From assembly GCA_965112735.1 (NCBI GenBank), contig OZ218960.1, forward strand, positions 1 to 64,000: 64,000 nt of DNA, given 5' to 3'. The stretch is from Phaeosaccion multiseriatum. Lineage: Eukaryota; Protista; Ochrophyta, other classes. Below, piece after piece: positions 48,092 to 62,113 of the stretch. The notes under the pieces were generated by a model, which saw only the letters and a list, made by a program, of their open reading frames with translations, was not told the origin of the DNA and did no database searches. Both the position numbers and the translations under genes were made by a program. Every line of letters starts with the position of its first letter. Within the stretch, counting starts at the first letter, position 1.

Positions 48092-50480
48092 ATGCCACTG
48101 GTAAGTAAAGAGTATTTAACGCAGCGGAAGAAGCCAAGCCGCAGAGAGCGATAGCGCAATGTGTGGTGCTTTTCTGTGCACCTGAGCAGAGGCAACCATT
48201 GGAAGAAGGAGGAGGAGGAGCAACAGCGGAGGAGGGAACGGAAGACGCGGAGAGCACCAGCAGCGCAATGCTGAACGCTCCCGGGCATTACACCCAGCGG
48301 TACGGATCTGTGAATACTGTGGATACGAGCAGCGAGGAGGAGGCGCAGGAGGAGGAGAAGGCTAGGGAGAAGCAGCGGAACGGCCACCTGCAGACAAGCT
48401 GGCAGGCCTTCGTGCACTTGGTGAAGGGAAATGTCGGTCCGGGATGCCTTTCGCTCCCCTATGCCTTCTCCCTGGTGGGGCCACGAGCGGGCGCCTTGCT
48501 GATGTGCGTGATGGCTGCTGTGACCACGTACAACATGACCACGCTGGTCCGCTGCAAGCAGTCGCTCCAGCGGTACGGCATCCAAACCTACGGCGATATT
48601 GGGCTCTTCGCCCTCGGCCGGGTGGGGCAAGGTACGAACGAGCGAGCGTGGGAGGAAACACGCTTCCTGCCATCAGTAGCCTGGGTAGGCAGGCAGACCG
48701 ATAGGCAGAGCTCCTCGCATCTCTCGCCCCCCCTCTGACTCTCCGGCCCTGCGGCTTCGGCGCTGCTGAGATGATGATGCTCCGTGCCCTTGGTGATACC
48801 TTACTCCGCCGTCACACGACCTCCCACCTCTTTACCTACCCCCCCCCCCAGGCACGGTGGACTTCTTTCTGGTATGCATGCAGCTGTCCGTGTGCACCGT
48901 GTACTTCAGCTTCGTCTCCTCCAACCTCGAGGGCGTGTTGCCCCCAGACTTCCTCCCGGGCGGGCAGCGGCTGCTCATCCTGCTGCTGCTGGTGCCTCTC
49001 GCCCGCCTGTCCCTGATCAAGCACATGAAGCAGCTCGCGCCCTTCTCTCTCGCCGCCACGCTGCTGCTCTTGGGTGGGCTCGGCCTCATCCTCTCTGTGG
49101 TGGCGCAGCACTGGCGACAGGGAGGAGGAGGAGGGGGGAATGAAATGGCCAATGGAGGGTCCTCTCCCCAGGTGGGTGGGTGGATGGGCGCTTGCGTGCG
49201 TGCCGTATGCGCTGGCGTGCAAAACTGCAGACTTTCATGTTGGGTTGGAGCCCGCTTCCCTCGCCAACTTTGATCTTTTGTTCTCTTTTGTTCTGTTCCT
49301 GCCCAGAGCGGCGCACCCCTATGCCCTGCAGTGCCCGTTGAAGTGCGTGTTGAAGTGCGCGTGAAGTGTGCGTGGTCTCTGTCTCGCCCCCCCCCGTAGT
49401 GCCCTCCCCGCCCTTTTGTCCATATCCTGGCCCGGCCCACCGTCTTGCGTCAACCCTCCCTTCCTTCCCGTCTGACTGCTGACTTCCCCCTCTCATGACC
49501 CCCTCGCGTATACCTGCGTATGATCACCCCTCAACCTCCCCAGATGGCGACGTTCGTGGCTGCTAACCTCCCCCTGTTCCTGGGCAACGCCATCTACGCC
49601 TTTGAGGGCATCGGCCTTGTGCTGCCCGTGGAGAACTCCATGCAGGTACCCACACCACGTGCACACACACACATACACACGCCACGCACACGCACACACA
49701 CTCACGCCGCACACACACACACCCACGCACGTCCGCCACCATCTCTGCCCTCAGCACCCGGAGCGCTTCCCCCTGGTGCTGCTGTGCGCCATGGGGCTGG
49801 TGAGTGTGCTGTTCCTGCTGTTCGGGGAGGCGTGTCTACTCAGCTACGGTTTCATCGACGACGGCTCCATCGCCTCCTTCCTGCAGCGCCAGGACCCTCA
49901 CAGCTGGCGAGTGCTTGGGCAGAACATCCTCATCAGCCTCGCGGTGCTGCTCACTTACCCCATTCAGGTATGAGGCTGCTTTTTCTCCTTCTCCCTGTCT
50001 CTCTCCCTCTCACTCTCACTCTCTCTCCCTCTCCCTCCTCTCCCTCTCTTTTCGCCTATCTCTCTCTCCCTTCTGTGTGTGCATGTTAGTTCTACCCGGC
50101 GATACAGGTCCTTGAGGTGAGCAGAAAGCTGACGGGCCCCCTGACGAATGCCGACAAGCTCATGGGAGCTGTATCACCAACTGCTGCGGGTAAATCAAAG
50201 ATGCCATCAGCATCATCACGCTGGCCCCAGACAAGACCAGCAGGGCAAGGGCAAGGGCAAGGGCAAGGGGAGGGAGAAGCTGACCCGGAGCCCTCTGAGA
50301 GACGAACACGCCACGGAAGAAACGGGCCCCACTCCAACGCGGTCAGTGGAGAAGACTCGCCAGGCAGGCAGGCTCCGAGCTCAAGTAGATGGAGTAGGCC
50401 AACAACGAACAGCGAGAAGGAGGCAGCAGCAGCAGAAGAAGAGGCAGGGGGGGGGGCGAGTGCTTCCGCAACGACCACTT

Positions 50481-50519
<39 letters not shown>

Positions 50520-51720
50520 GAGGAGGAGGAGGAGGAGGGGGAAGCAGAGTGACTCGTCGGAGGAAGAGCTTCATCGGCCTCACCATCAATGCCACGAAGA
50601 ACTTGATCTCTCCTGAGGGCCTTCGCAGCCCTGTGTACAAGAGTAGCGCCTCTACCCCGCTGTGGTTCAGACGCAAGACACTCTCAGAACTGCTCCACCG
50701 GGAGGGGGGGGTGGGGGGAGGGAGGGGAGGGGGAGCCATCGAGGTGGCCATCGAGGAAGACGCTGGGCAGCAGTTGGTGATACGGCAGCAGGGGGTGAGG
50801 GGAGTGGCAGCAGGAACCCACGGGAGGGGGCGACGCACAAAGTCTCTGTGGGATGAAGAGGCGGGGGGGGGAGGAGAGGGGATGGCAGCGGATGGGAGTC
50901 TTGGGAGGCGCACGGGAAGCGTTATCATCCCCTTGGGGGCCCTGGCCGAGGCTCTGGCGGGAGGGGACGCGCCCCTGGGGGATAACCCCCTCGGGGATGC
51001 GGGCAGCGGCCCAGGGGGGGCGGAGACGCTGGCGGAGGATGGCCTTGAGTGGGTGAGCGACTGCTCTTGGTCAGAGGATGGCTCCTTCTCTTCTGCGGCT
51101 TCGTCGGCTTCTGAAGGGGAGAGAGGGGGTGAGGAGAAGGAGGAGGGGGAGAAGGAGGAGGAGGAGGAGGAGGAGGAGGAGGATGGGAGAGGTGAGAGGA
51201 GAGAGATGGCAGCGGGTGGGGGCAACAGCAGTAGAGACGGCACAGCGGGGGACCGTGGGAATGACGCTCAGCCAGGCGCCCACACTGCCGACACGTGGCT
51301 GCTTGAGGGGCCGCAAGGGGAGCAGCAAGGTCCTTCCGATGGCAGCCGACGGCAGGGACAGGGGCAGGAGCAAGGTGCTTATCCCCCTCTCAGTGCCAGG
51401 GGCGCTCGAGTCGCGGTGGGGACCAATGCGAATGCGAGGCTCAGGCATACGGGCAGCATGACTCGCAGCGGGAGTAGCCGCAGCAGCCGCAGCAGCGGAA
51501 GCGGCCGGAGCAGGACCAGCAGCGGCAGCACCAGCAGCAGGACCAGCAGCAGCAGCAGCAGCAAACAAGGCTCCCAGGGGGGTGCCTCCCGGGGGGGAGG
51601 AGGTGGGAGAAGGAAGGGGTCGGGACTGCGAAGGGGGACGAAGAACAGGACGAGGGGGATGACGAGGGGCTTGACGGGGGGGATGACAACAATCGCAACG
51701 CCTGCCACAACGCCGCCGTC

Positions 51721-51755
<35 letters not shown>

Positions 51756-52324
51756 TGCAGATGCAGCAGACGCAGCAGACGCAGCAGTTGGTAGTACAGA
51801 AGCAGTATTATTGCGTGGATGAAGGGGAAGAGGAGCCCGAAGAGGAGCCCCGCCTCTGGGTGATGCGTGCGCTGAGCTGTCCGCTGCGGAGGACCGATGT
51901 GCAGAGGAGCATCCTAAGGGTAGGGGTAACGTGTGTGTGTGCGTGCGTGGCCATGACAGTGCCCGATGTGGGGCTCATGGTGAGCCTGGCGGGGTCCTTC
52001 GGGGGGGCGGTGCTGAACCTCATCATGCCACCCCTCATTGACTTACACCTAAACTTCGAGGAGGACGAGGAGGAGGAGGAGGAGGAGGAAGAGGCAGCCT
52101 TGATGCCTTGGGAGGCGGGAGAAGCGATGCCATGGGCCCACAAGGGGACCAACAACAAGAAGAGCAGCAAGAAGAAGGCCAGGAAGAGCGCCTGGGCTGG
52201 CGGCGGTAAAGCCCCTCCTCTGAAGATGCTCCGCTGCGTGTGCATCATGGCCTTCGGGGTGCTGTGCGGAGTCGTGGGCACGGCCGTCTCCGTGTCACAG
52301 ATATACGACTCCTACGCAGCGTAG
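48092..52324 (+). CDS. Amino-acid transporter (Aa_trans / SLC36-AAAP-like), multi-exon
   Basis: SWQAFVHLVKGNVGPGCLSLPYAF, TYGDIG, FLGNAIYAFEGIGLVLPVENSM, LTYPIQ, VPDVGLMVSLAGS. The start is either ATG 48092 (short first exon) or 48269. Confidence 0.88.
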
Positions 52325-52945
52325 TCATGGCAGAGAAAGCTCCTAACGCAGCGGAGCGATCGTAGCACCGAAAGCTTCCCCTTCTCTCCCCTCGGGGGGG
52401 CCCCTTTGGGCCCCTTTTCTCAACAAGTAAGTAATCGCAGCTTAACACATCCACCTTGTCATTACCTTTCATCTAAGATTACATAAGGCTACAACTACTT
52501 TGAAAAAGAGAAAAGGAAACGCATGTTGTGTAGACGTGTGTAGGGGGGGGGCGGGGGGATACCGGAGCGGAGTCCTTCTCTCTTCTCTCAGCCTCCTCCC
52601 CTCCCACACCTTGGTCCATCCCGCAAGGAAATGCCCGGTGTCGGGTGTCGGGTGTGAGGTGCAGAGTCTTGGGTCACGCCCCCCAAGGAGCTCCAGCACT
52701 GAGAGGGCTCTGCTCACTGGTCACTGACTGGCACAACACATGCGGCGCCTGATTTCTGCGTTGGGGTGTGTATCACCCCCGCCCCGAAGCGCTGCCCCCC
52801 CCCAATGGTCGAAGCAGCCCCCCGCCCGGGCTCAACACGGCCGCCCTCCAACGGTCGAAACAGGAAGGCCGCCCCCCCTTTCAGTCGAGGGCGAGGGTGG
52901 CAAGCTGCCAGCTCTCTGCCACGCCTCCATCCACTGCCATCTTCC

Positions 52946-53233
52946 CTAGGCAGACTTGTCAAGGAAGACGCAGCCTGCCTCCTCCATGGTGGCCTTGAGC
53001 TCTCCGTTCTCGAACATCTCAATGAGGATGTCCGATCCCCCGAGGAACTCGCCCCCCACGTACAGCTGAGGGATGGTCGGCCTGAGCAAGCAAGAAAGTG
53101 CCCACACGCACAGACACAGACATACATACCCACACACACACCACACACACACGCAGACACACACACACACACCACACACACACGCAGACACACACACACA
53201 CACACACCACACACACACGCAGACACACACGCA

Positions 53234-53302
<69 letters not shown>

Positions 53303-54814
53303 ACGGACGAGGTAGTGGGTGGGTGTGTGAGGGGTTGTCTTGGGAGACCTTTGGAAAAAGCGACCAAGCACCCCCAGTACCTCTCCTTGGCTGCGCACAC
53401 TCCATTAGACAGGACAGGCGGCAGAGTGGCCTCTTCACACACACTTTACAACAATGCCCATCATCCTCCCTCACCAGGCGCTGTAGTCCTTGACTCCCTG
53501 TCGCACGTCGGGGTCGGAGAGCACATCGAAGGACTTGAACTCCACATCCAGCGCCCGCAGCACCTTCAATGACATAATCATCACAGGGGTGAAGGAGGGA
53601 GAAGAGGACAAGGGGAGACAGGGCCAATGCCAGATGGAAAATACACAGTGAGGGAGTGGCAAATCAAAGTGTATCCTACTGCTGCACCGTGCTGCTGTCC
53701 GTGTGCACCATCGTTCATCGTACATCGCACCCGATGCCTTTCCAGCTGCCTGTCCTGACACCCCTGTCCTCACACTCCTGACATGACGCCTCTCACCTGG
53801 ACTGCGGTGTTGCTGAAGCCGCACTGGGGAAACATGGGGTTGCCCTATGGGTGTGGGGCAGGGCACAGCAGGGGTGGCATAGACAGCAGGAGAGAGAGGG
53901 AGTCAGGCGACAGACTGGGCCAGGCCAGCTGTTGTTAGAAAGGCATCTGATTTGCCTTTGCTTTGAGGGGATTGAGCGCACACTGTTTTCTTCGTTCTGT
54001 AGGAGATGACTGCCTCCTTCGTTCTCCCATCCCAGGCCCAACTCTGTGGTATCTTCCACCTGACTCTTCGCCTGAATCGACCCACTCCACTCCCTTGCCC
54101 CCTGAAGCTCGACTCTTGGCAGCTCCTCCTTTGCTTTGCTAACCTTCATAAAGAGGAAAACCTTATTGTCAGTGACCATTTCGCCGATGCGAGCCTTAGC
54201 GGCATCGGAGAGCTCCTTGAGCTGCGCAGCAATCTCGGGCCGCACCGCCTCTCCCTCGATGGAATCGAGCGGGGACTGAGACAAAGCCACCACCTTAGAC
54301 GGAGCGCAGATGGTAGAGAGTAACGGTAGCAGGGGGGGGAGAGGGGGGGGGATAAAAAAAGAGAGGGGGGCAAGGAGAGGGATAGATATGGGTGAAAGAG
54401 GGAGAAAGGGTTGAGACGCACGGTCAAGACAAACAAGGAGAAAGGGGCGGGAAAGACAGGACACGTCCTTCTTTGCGGCGGCTCCTTTGGCACGCAAAAG
54501 GCCGCCTTCTCAGAGAGAGAGAGATGGAGCATTCGAGACGGGGCATTCCCTTGTGCAGTATCTGCCCTGCCGTCCGCCTCTCCATCTAGACAAAGCGTCA
54601 AAGACGCCTTCTCTCAACCGCTGCTCTCCCTTCTAGTGCGCCCCATGCTGCCACTCACCTGCTTCCTTGCTCCTCCTCTTCCTCTCCTGGCTGTCCCTGC
54701 TTGTGCTACTGTTTTCGCCACAAGTGCGGGCTGGAGGAAAGCGGTGGTGGACGCCGCCAGCAGTAGCACCAGGAGGCTGACCAGTCCGACAGGAGAGAAG
54801 GTAGAGGAGCCCAT
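52946..54814 (-). CDS. Monothiol CGFS glutaredoxin (Grx5/GrxS14-like), probably plastid-targeted
   Basis: Exons encode VFLFMK | [11 protein letters not shown] | [19 protein letters not shown] | [18 protein letters not shown]. The N-terminal signal peptide ends TTA-FLQP, resembling the bipartite ASAF-type motif. Confidence 0.92.
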
Positions 54815-55337
54815 TGCACAGCCTTGTTTTAGTAAAGAAGAGAGGTGAGAAGAGGGAAAAAAAAAAAAAAAAAATCAAAATCGTGGCAAATTGAAACTCA
54901 CAACCCTGAAATCCTAATCACCTTCCCCTTTCAGTTTGGATCATTATTTAGGCTCTTTGTGCAGCGCTGCTGCCTCCACTTCTTCTGCTTCCTCTTCTGC
55001 TGCGCTACTTTATCGGGAACTATGAGTGAGGCATTTGGTACGTGACTTGGAGAGGAAGACGAAGATCAAAATACCAGACGAACAATACCTCGGTGTTCTT
55101 CTCTGTTGTTGCGGCCCCGCTCCAATGAACCCACTCTTTCTGTACTAGACCCTCTAGACTCACTCTGCTAACGATGGTTTTGATGTGCTGAAAGTAGATC
55201 CCTCCCTCTAGGCGGTCTGAACAGGGTGCCCTTCAGGGTGGAATCAACCGCCTTCCAGCCTCCTTTGTGTGTTTCATTGTGCCCTAACCCCCCCCGTACC
55301 CTCCACTACCTTGTGCGCCCATCCTGAACCTGCAGGA

Positions 55338-56027
55338 ATGATGGAGGGGGCCTACTTCGTGGGGCGGAGAGAGATCCTGGAATGGATCAACTCCACCCTC
55401 GACCTCAACCTCACCAAGATTGAGGAGACGGCCTCAGGCTGTGTAGCTCTCCAGGTGAGAAGGCAAGGAAGGCTTCCCTCGCACTCTATCTAACCCATCT
55501 CCCACTCACTCACTCACTTACTCAGTGAGTTACTCATCCACCACCTAAGTTAGTGCCCTCCCTCCCCTGTTGGTGCCAGTCGTAACACAGCCAACTTCTT
55601 GCACAGCGCTTCCATTTTTGTGTCTGAACCTCTCTCTCTTCCCCCGTCTCAATAGTCGAGTGGGAGTAAAAGCATCTGACGCCCTTGTCATGTGTGTGCT
55701 TGGTGCTGCTGTAGCTGCTGGACTCCCTGCACCCTGGCAAGGTGGCCATGTCTAAGGTGAACTGGGCCGCCAAGCAAGAGCACGAGTTTGTGCAGAACTA
55801 CAAGCTGTTGCAGAAGAGCTTCGACTCCATCAAGATAGACAAGGTAAGGATGTTGCAGAGCACGTTCTACACAATCTTAGGGGGGACAAGGTGGGGGGGG
55901 GGGGGGGGTGCAGCGGTCTGCCTACGTTTGACCCTCTCTCTCCCCTCCCTCCCTTTCTTTCTCTTCTCTCATTCCCCCCCTTTCTTACTCCCTCTTTCTC
56001 TCTCTCCCTTCCAATCTCTCCCCCCCC

Positions 56028-56100
<73 letters not shown>

Positions 56101-59100
56101 ACCACCACCATCTGTGCCATCCGCTGCCTTCCTCGGCGCAGCACATCGATGTGGACAAGCTCATCCGCGCCAAGTACCAGGACAACTTGGAGTTCATGCA
56201 GGTGGGCTAGATACAGCAGTGGCTGAAACAGCAGCAGCAGCAGCCTTGCACTTTGGGTTAGCAGCAGAGAGGCGAAACACGCGACAGGGAGGGAGGGAGG
56301 CTAAGGGAAGGGGGGGGAGAGAGGCTGTATGTATATGGGAAGGGAGGGACAAAGGCGAAGGGAAGGGAGGGAGGGAGGTGAAGGGAAGGGGGTGTTGAGC
56401 ACCGATGCAGGACGCGAAGGCCAGCAGAGGAGGATGGCAGTGGACGGGTACGAGGGGTGGAGCAGAGGGGTGAAGCGAGCGGAGAGGGTATGCTGCTCCG
56501 TCGGGCGCGCCAGTTGTTGGAGCCAAGTTGCCGGGGGGAGGGGGGGGTTCACTGGCACGTCACTGACATATGTCAGAGCTCGTCTTCCTCTCCTCTCATG
56601 TCCCTTCCTCTCGTCCTCACCTCCCCCCACCCGCCTCCTCCCCTCTTCCTCCCCTCCCATGTGCCTCTCTTCTCCTCTCATTCTCCCACGAAGTGGTTCA
56701 AGCGGTTCTACGAGGTGACTGGTGCCGTGGAAGGGTAAGTCAGCGAACAGGACGGTCGAGTCAGCGAACTTAGGGTTAGGGTTAGGGTAAGGAGAGGTTG
56801 GAAGGTTAGGGTCAGGGTTAGGATTAGGAAAGGCAAGGGCCTTTGGTGCACGTATACGGGAAAGCTTGACATGCGTACTTCTGTGGGCTTCGCTCTCGCC
56901 CTGAGTCTAAAAAGACCGGACTGCTTCCGCTTCTCCTTCTGTCGGTTGGGGCCAAACGGAAGAGGATGGGGCTCAGATGGAGAGGGAGAGGGAGGACCGC
57001 AGAGGAGGAGGGAGTGCAAGCAGAGATCCAGAGAGGGCTAGAAAGGGAGAGAGGAGACAGAGAGAGATCTTCCTACACGCCCCTCCCACCCAATGCCCCT
57101 GCTACCCACTACCTCACTGCCTCACTACCTCACTACCTCACTGCCTCATTGCCTCACTGCCTTACTCGCTCACTCCCTGACTGCCCCTCTCCCTCTGACC
57201 CCGGCCCCTGTCCCGCGCAGTTACGACGCCGTTGCCGCTCGCTCTAGGGGCAAAGGAGCGCCATCTGCTGCCACCCGCGCCTCCTCCACTGCACGGCCAA
57301 AGCCTCGTACAGGTGAGCGCACCTTGCGTTCAGTGGAATCACAGATGCACATGCCCCTCTCCCTCGACTCTTATAGTGCTCTTATAGTGTTGAAGTTTGC
57401 CTTAATCGCCCCTCTCACCCTCTCACCCCTGCCCCTTGGCCCTTGCCCCTCCCTTGTGCTGCCGTGTCTGCTGTGCCCGTCAGTGGCTGCCAAAGTGGGC
57501 AGCAGCGCCAAGAGCCGGCCGGCAGCGAGCGGCTCCGCCCCGGCAGGTGCAGATAGCAGCAGAGCGGCAGAAGGCAGCAGAGGGGCGGAGGGCAAGCGGG
57601 GCTCCACCTCAAGCACCGGCTCCAGCTCCAGCGCGGCAGGTACGTACACCTGCGTACGTCAAGTACTCGCTCTGTGGTTCACTTACTTACGGAACCGTGT
57701 CACGAGTCGTGCGGCGTCTCATGAGGGAAGGAAGCCGCTGTTCAAGGTGGAGGGCTCGCTGAGGAAAGCAGGGACCCCCCCTCTTGCCGCTCTTGCTCAA
57801 GAGGCGGCCTCTGTCTTGACGCTCCCGCGTAGGCTGTCTGAGTCACCACCGCCCCCCTCCCCCCCTCCCTCTCGGTCCTGCTGCTGTGCTGCCGTCGCTT
57901 TTCCTCCTGCAGGCAAGGGCACAAAGGTCACAGCCGCTTCTGGTGCTTCACGAGTAGGTGAGAGAGAAAGAGGGCGGAATCACATGTCGATGTCACTCCC
58001 TCTCTGTCCTGGGAATCGCCTGCTGTATCACCAACTGCTGTCCCTTCACTGCTGCTGTATCACCAACTGCTGCCCCTTCTCTCCCCACAGAGCTTAAGGC
58101 CAAGGACGAGGAGATTCAAAGACAAGCGGTAGAAATCGAGGACCTCAAGGTGGGGTATGTTAGAGGCATACGAGGCGGGTGAGCGGGCCGGGCATGTTAG
58201 AGGCATACGGGACGAGCATTGCAGGTGTAGCGGCTGTTTGAAGATGGAGAGCCTTGTCGTAGGCAGTGGGCTTCCCCCTTTCCCCTCGAGGCATTCTCAT
58301 GGATCACATTTTGCGTGCTGTCCCGCCCCTCAACCCCCCTCGGCCCTCCCTCCGTCCCTCCGTCCCTCCATCCCTCCACCTGTATGTCAATAAAATCTCT
58401 TCCCTCCGTCCCCCCACACGCTCACCCATAGCGCGTTACCCGCCCCTTGCCCTTTTGAGCTCACGCGACTTACCCACCCCTTGCCCGACTGACTTCCCTT
58501 AGGCCAATAGCGAGGCTCTTGAGAAGGAGAGGGACTTCTACTTCGAGAAGCTCAGGGACGTGGAGATACTGCTGCAGGTACTGTAACACGGGACGGACCT
58601 CTGTGCCTCTGGTATACTCTCCCTTCCTGACTGACTTGACTCACCTCCCTCCTCCTCCCGCCCTCCCTTCTCCTTTCTCTCTGTCCCTCCCTCCCTCCCA
58701 CTCTTCCTCCCGCCCTCCCTCTCCTGCCTCCTCTCTGCCAACGCTTTTCTGAACTCATCCCATCTCAGCTGAAGGAAGAGAAGGGCATGGTGATCGAGTG
58801 CAGCGCTGACATGTTCAAGATACTCTACGCCAGCACCGAGGACATCGTCGCCGTCAATGATGAGGTAGGAGGCCACGGGAGCGTATGGGAGGACAACGGA
58901 TAACAGTGGATGGCAGGATATGGCAATGGATGGCAGGATATGGCAATGGATGGCAGAGGATTCGCGTGTCCTCTTGGCAGGAGGGGAGGCCAGGCCCAGG
59001 CCCTCTTCAAGCAGAAGAAGAAACGCTCTTACTTACTTCCCTGCCGCAGCTTCCACGTGTGGGCGGCGGAGACGCTCCCATCTCTGTTGCTGTATCACCA

Positions 59101-59143
<43 letters not shown>

Positions 59144-59341
59144 ATGGTCGAAGGAGAGGCCGAATCTCACGCCAGCCTGCCCTCCCCCCTGCACCCTCGC
59201 TCTCGCCCTGATCAAATTGCCTGGATTGGTCCACCGATGTCTGTGTCCTCATTGCAGGGCGATGTGATCGAGGGCGAGGAGGCCAGGTTGCACAAGGAGG
59301 GGGCGGCGGCGGCGGCGCAGGCAGAGGAGGGAGAGGCATGA
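55338..59341 (+). CDS. EB1: Microtubule end-binding protein EB1 (MAPRE family), multi-exon
   Basis: CH domain [37 protein letters not shown]; EBH motif [20 protein letters not shown]. Confidence 0.93.
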
Positions 59342-60400
59342 CCAATGGGACTTGGCGACGCTTGGCGTTGGTTGTACATACACGAGTTGGTGATACAGTT
59401 GGTGATACGAGCCTGGCCTTGTCGGCTGAGCCACTCCGTTGCCAGACTTTGCTACAAGGGAGGGGGACAGTACGGCCGCAGCACTACGGCGGCTGCAAGG
59501 GAGGGAGGCAGGCAGGAAGGCACTTATCGCGATCGCTTCAGGAGGGCACTTTGCAATCCTGCATGGCGTGCATCTGTGCATCAGTCTTAAGTCTTAAAGT
59601 GCTTGTGGCAGCTTGGGGCATTCAGCAGCAGCGTGGGCGTAATGGGCATATAGGCATATAGGCAGGCGGGCAACAGAGCAGCCCAGGCAAGCCAGAGAGA
59701 GCCCTGCCGACAGAGCCCGGCCGCAACCTTTGACGTGGGCGGCAGGTGGAGCACAGGCGAATGAAAAGCGTGGGGAGGATTGCAGAGGGGGGCCTCTTTG
59801 GGGGGGGAGGGCGGCAGGGGCGGGGGAGGCAAAGGGGGTGCTTCTAAGTGCTGCTTCTCAGTGCTGCTTCGCATCTGCCCTGCCTTCCCCTTACCACTCA
59901 CATGCATTGCCTTATTCACATTCACTGCCTTGGGGGCGCCCGGCAGCAGCTGACAGCAAACAGGGCGAGCACACACTCTGTTCACTCTGTTGGGCGTATG
60001 TCGCTCTCTGGGAAGTGATCCAGTGTGCCAACAGGTGGAATGTGGAAGAAACACCACACTGCTGCTATGTCACCAACTGCTGATGGGGATGAAGCAAATT
60101 GAGGGCTCAGAGAAAACCCTTGTAGGCGCTTCATGGACACGAACACACGAGAGAAAAGAGATGCGATTAATTCCGAATGTCCCGACTCAAACTCAAAATC
60201 ACTTCCGATGATGGCGCGCTTTCCTTCCCCTCCCCGCGTGCTTATGAAGTGGATAGGAACTCTTCCTTGCCCCCTCCTTCCAACAGCGTCGCCCCCTCAT
60301 CGTCATCGCTTCATCTCTCCTCCTGCTCCTGCTGCGGCTGCTGCTGCTACCGCTGCGTCTGCTGTCACGTCCCACTTGCGTGGTGGTCGCGCCCCTGCTC

Positions 60401-62026
60401 CTACTGTGGGGCGGACGTGCCCCCCCTCCCCCCCTGGGAATGCGGAAGGCCCTCGATATGTCTCTTCCAGGGCCCGTCTGGCATAGTATCCACAGTGAAG
60501 GGCTCCTCATCTGGAGGCAGTGGCTGTGTGGACGTCTCCTCCCCCTCCTCCCCCCCCTTCATCCCACACGCAGAGAACGCCGTGAGGTAGTGTTTGGCAA
60601 TGGCAAGTTCGGACTCAACAAGAAGCTTTTGCTCCTCAGAAAGGGCCCCGCCGCACAGGGCCAAGTCATTGTTGAGCTCGTTTTCGAGGTACGTGCATCG
60701 AATGGACGGGTTGCCTGGGAGGGTGGAGGAGGAGGGGGAAGAGGAGGAAGAGGAGGTCAGGAGGACGGGTCAGTATTCAGAAAGGGAATACGCACAGGGC
60801 CGCAGCCACACATTCCACGCAGGGCACGCCGCGAGACTCGCTGTTTCCTGCCATCGCTGTTCAGTGCCATCCTGCCAGTGCCTGCCGCTGACGCGCGCAC
60901 TCAAGAACACACACACTCACACACGCACCTGGTACGACCATTTCGAAGTCCGGCCCTCTTGCGCCGAGATCGTGCCCCGGGTACACGGGCAACAAGGGAG
61001 GGGGGGTATCACCAACTGCTGCGGGAGAGCGGCTGAGGTCTGTGTCGCGCAGCTTTCGGATACGGCTGAGAGAGGAGAGCAAGCACGGCAGGCTGCCGAA
61101 CGAGCTCTCGCTGAGAGGGCCAAGGGGGCTCGTGCCAGGGCTTGGCAGCAGGCTTCCGACACTGTATACACACCAGGCACACAGACGGGGCAGCAGCAGC
61201 AATTGGTGATACAGCAGCAGCAGTAGAGGGGGAGTATAGAGACTACGTGTCCCATGTGTGTTACATCCGACCAATCACTGGCCCTCACACCAGACCCTGA
61301 CACCAGGCCCTGCCCCCCTCACTGCTTCAGAGACAGAGAGCTCTTACACGCCCCCCCCCAGAAACTTAAAACACACACGAACACGCACACGAACACGCAC
61401 ACGCACACGCACACGCACACACACGCACACACACACGCACACACACCCACCCACCCACACACACACACATACACACACGCACACACACACATACACACAT
61501 ACACACACACATACACACACACACATACACACACACGCATACACACACACACACACACCCACACACGCACACGCGATGCATGGCAAGTGAGGGATGGCAA
61601 GTGAGGCATGGCAAGTGAGTGCTCCCTGCAAGCTCTCCGCACGCTCTGTACGCTCTGTAGCTCTCTACAGGTAACCGTGACTGGAGAATGTAATCGTAAC
61701 TGGAGAATGTGATCATGACTGGAGTGTCCCGTCCGTACCTGCCCATCTCGAGCATGTCCCCCGAGAGGAGGCACACGGAAGGGATGAAGACGCTCATTGA
61801 GGCGGGGGTGATGCCAGGGGTGTGCACGAGCACCAGCGGGGTGGGGTTAGCGCCAAGGAACATTTGAGTCGAGTCCGAGCAGAGCTCCAGCTTTGGTTCG
61901 TCGTAGTACGTACGTTGGCCGTAATAGGTATGGTTACGCGAGTGAATAGAGCGAAAGGAAGGCAAGAGTGGGGGTGAGAGTCGGAAACACGAGCATCATC
62001 AACGGGGAGAGAACCCAATCAGCCAG

Positions 62027-62113
<87 letters not shown>

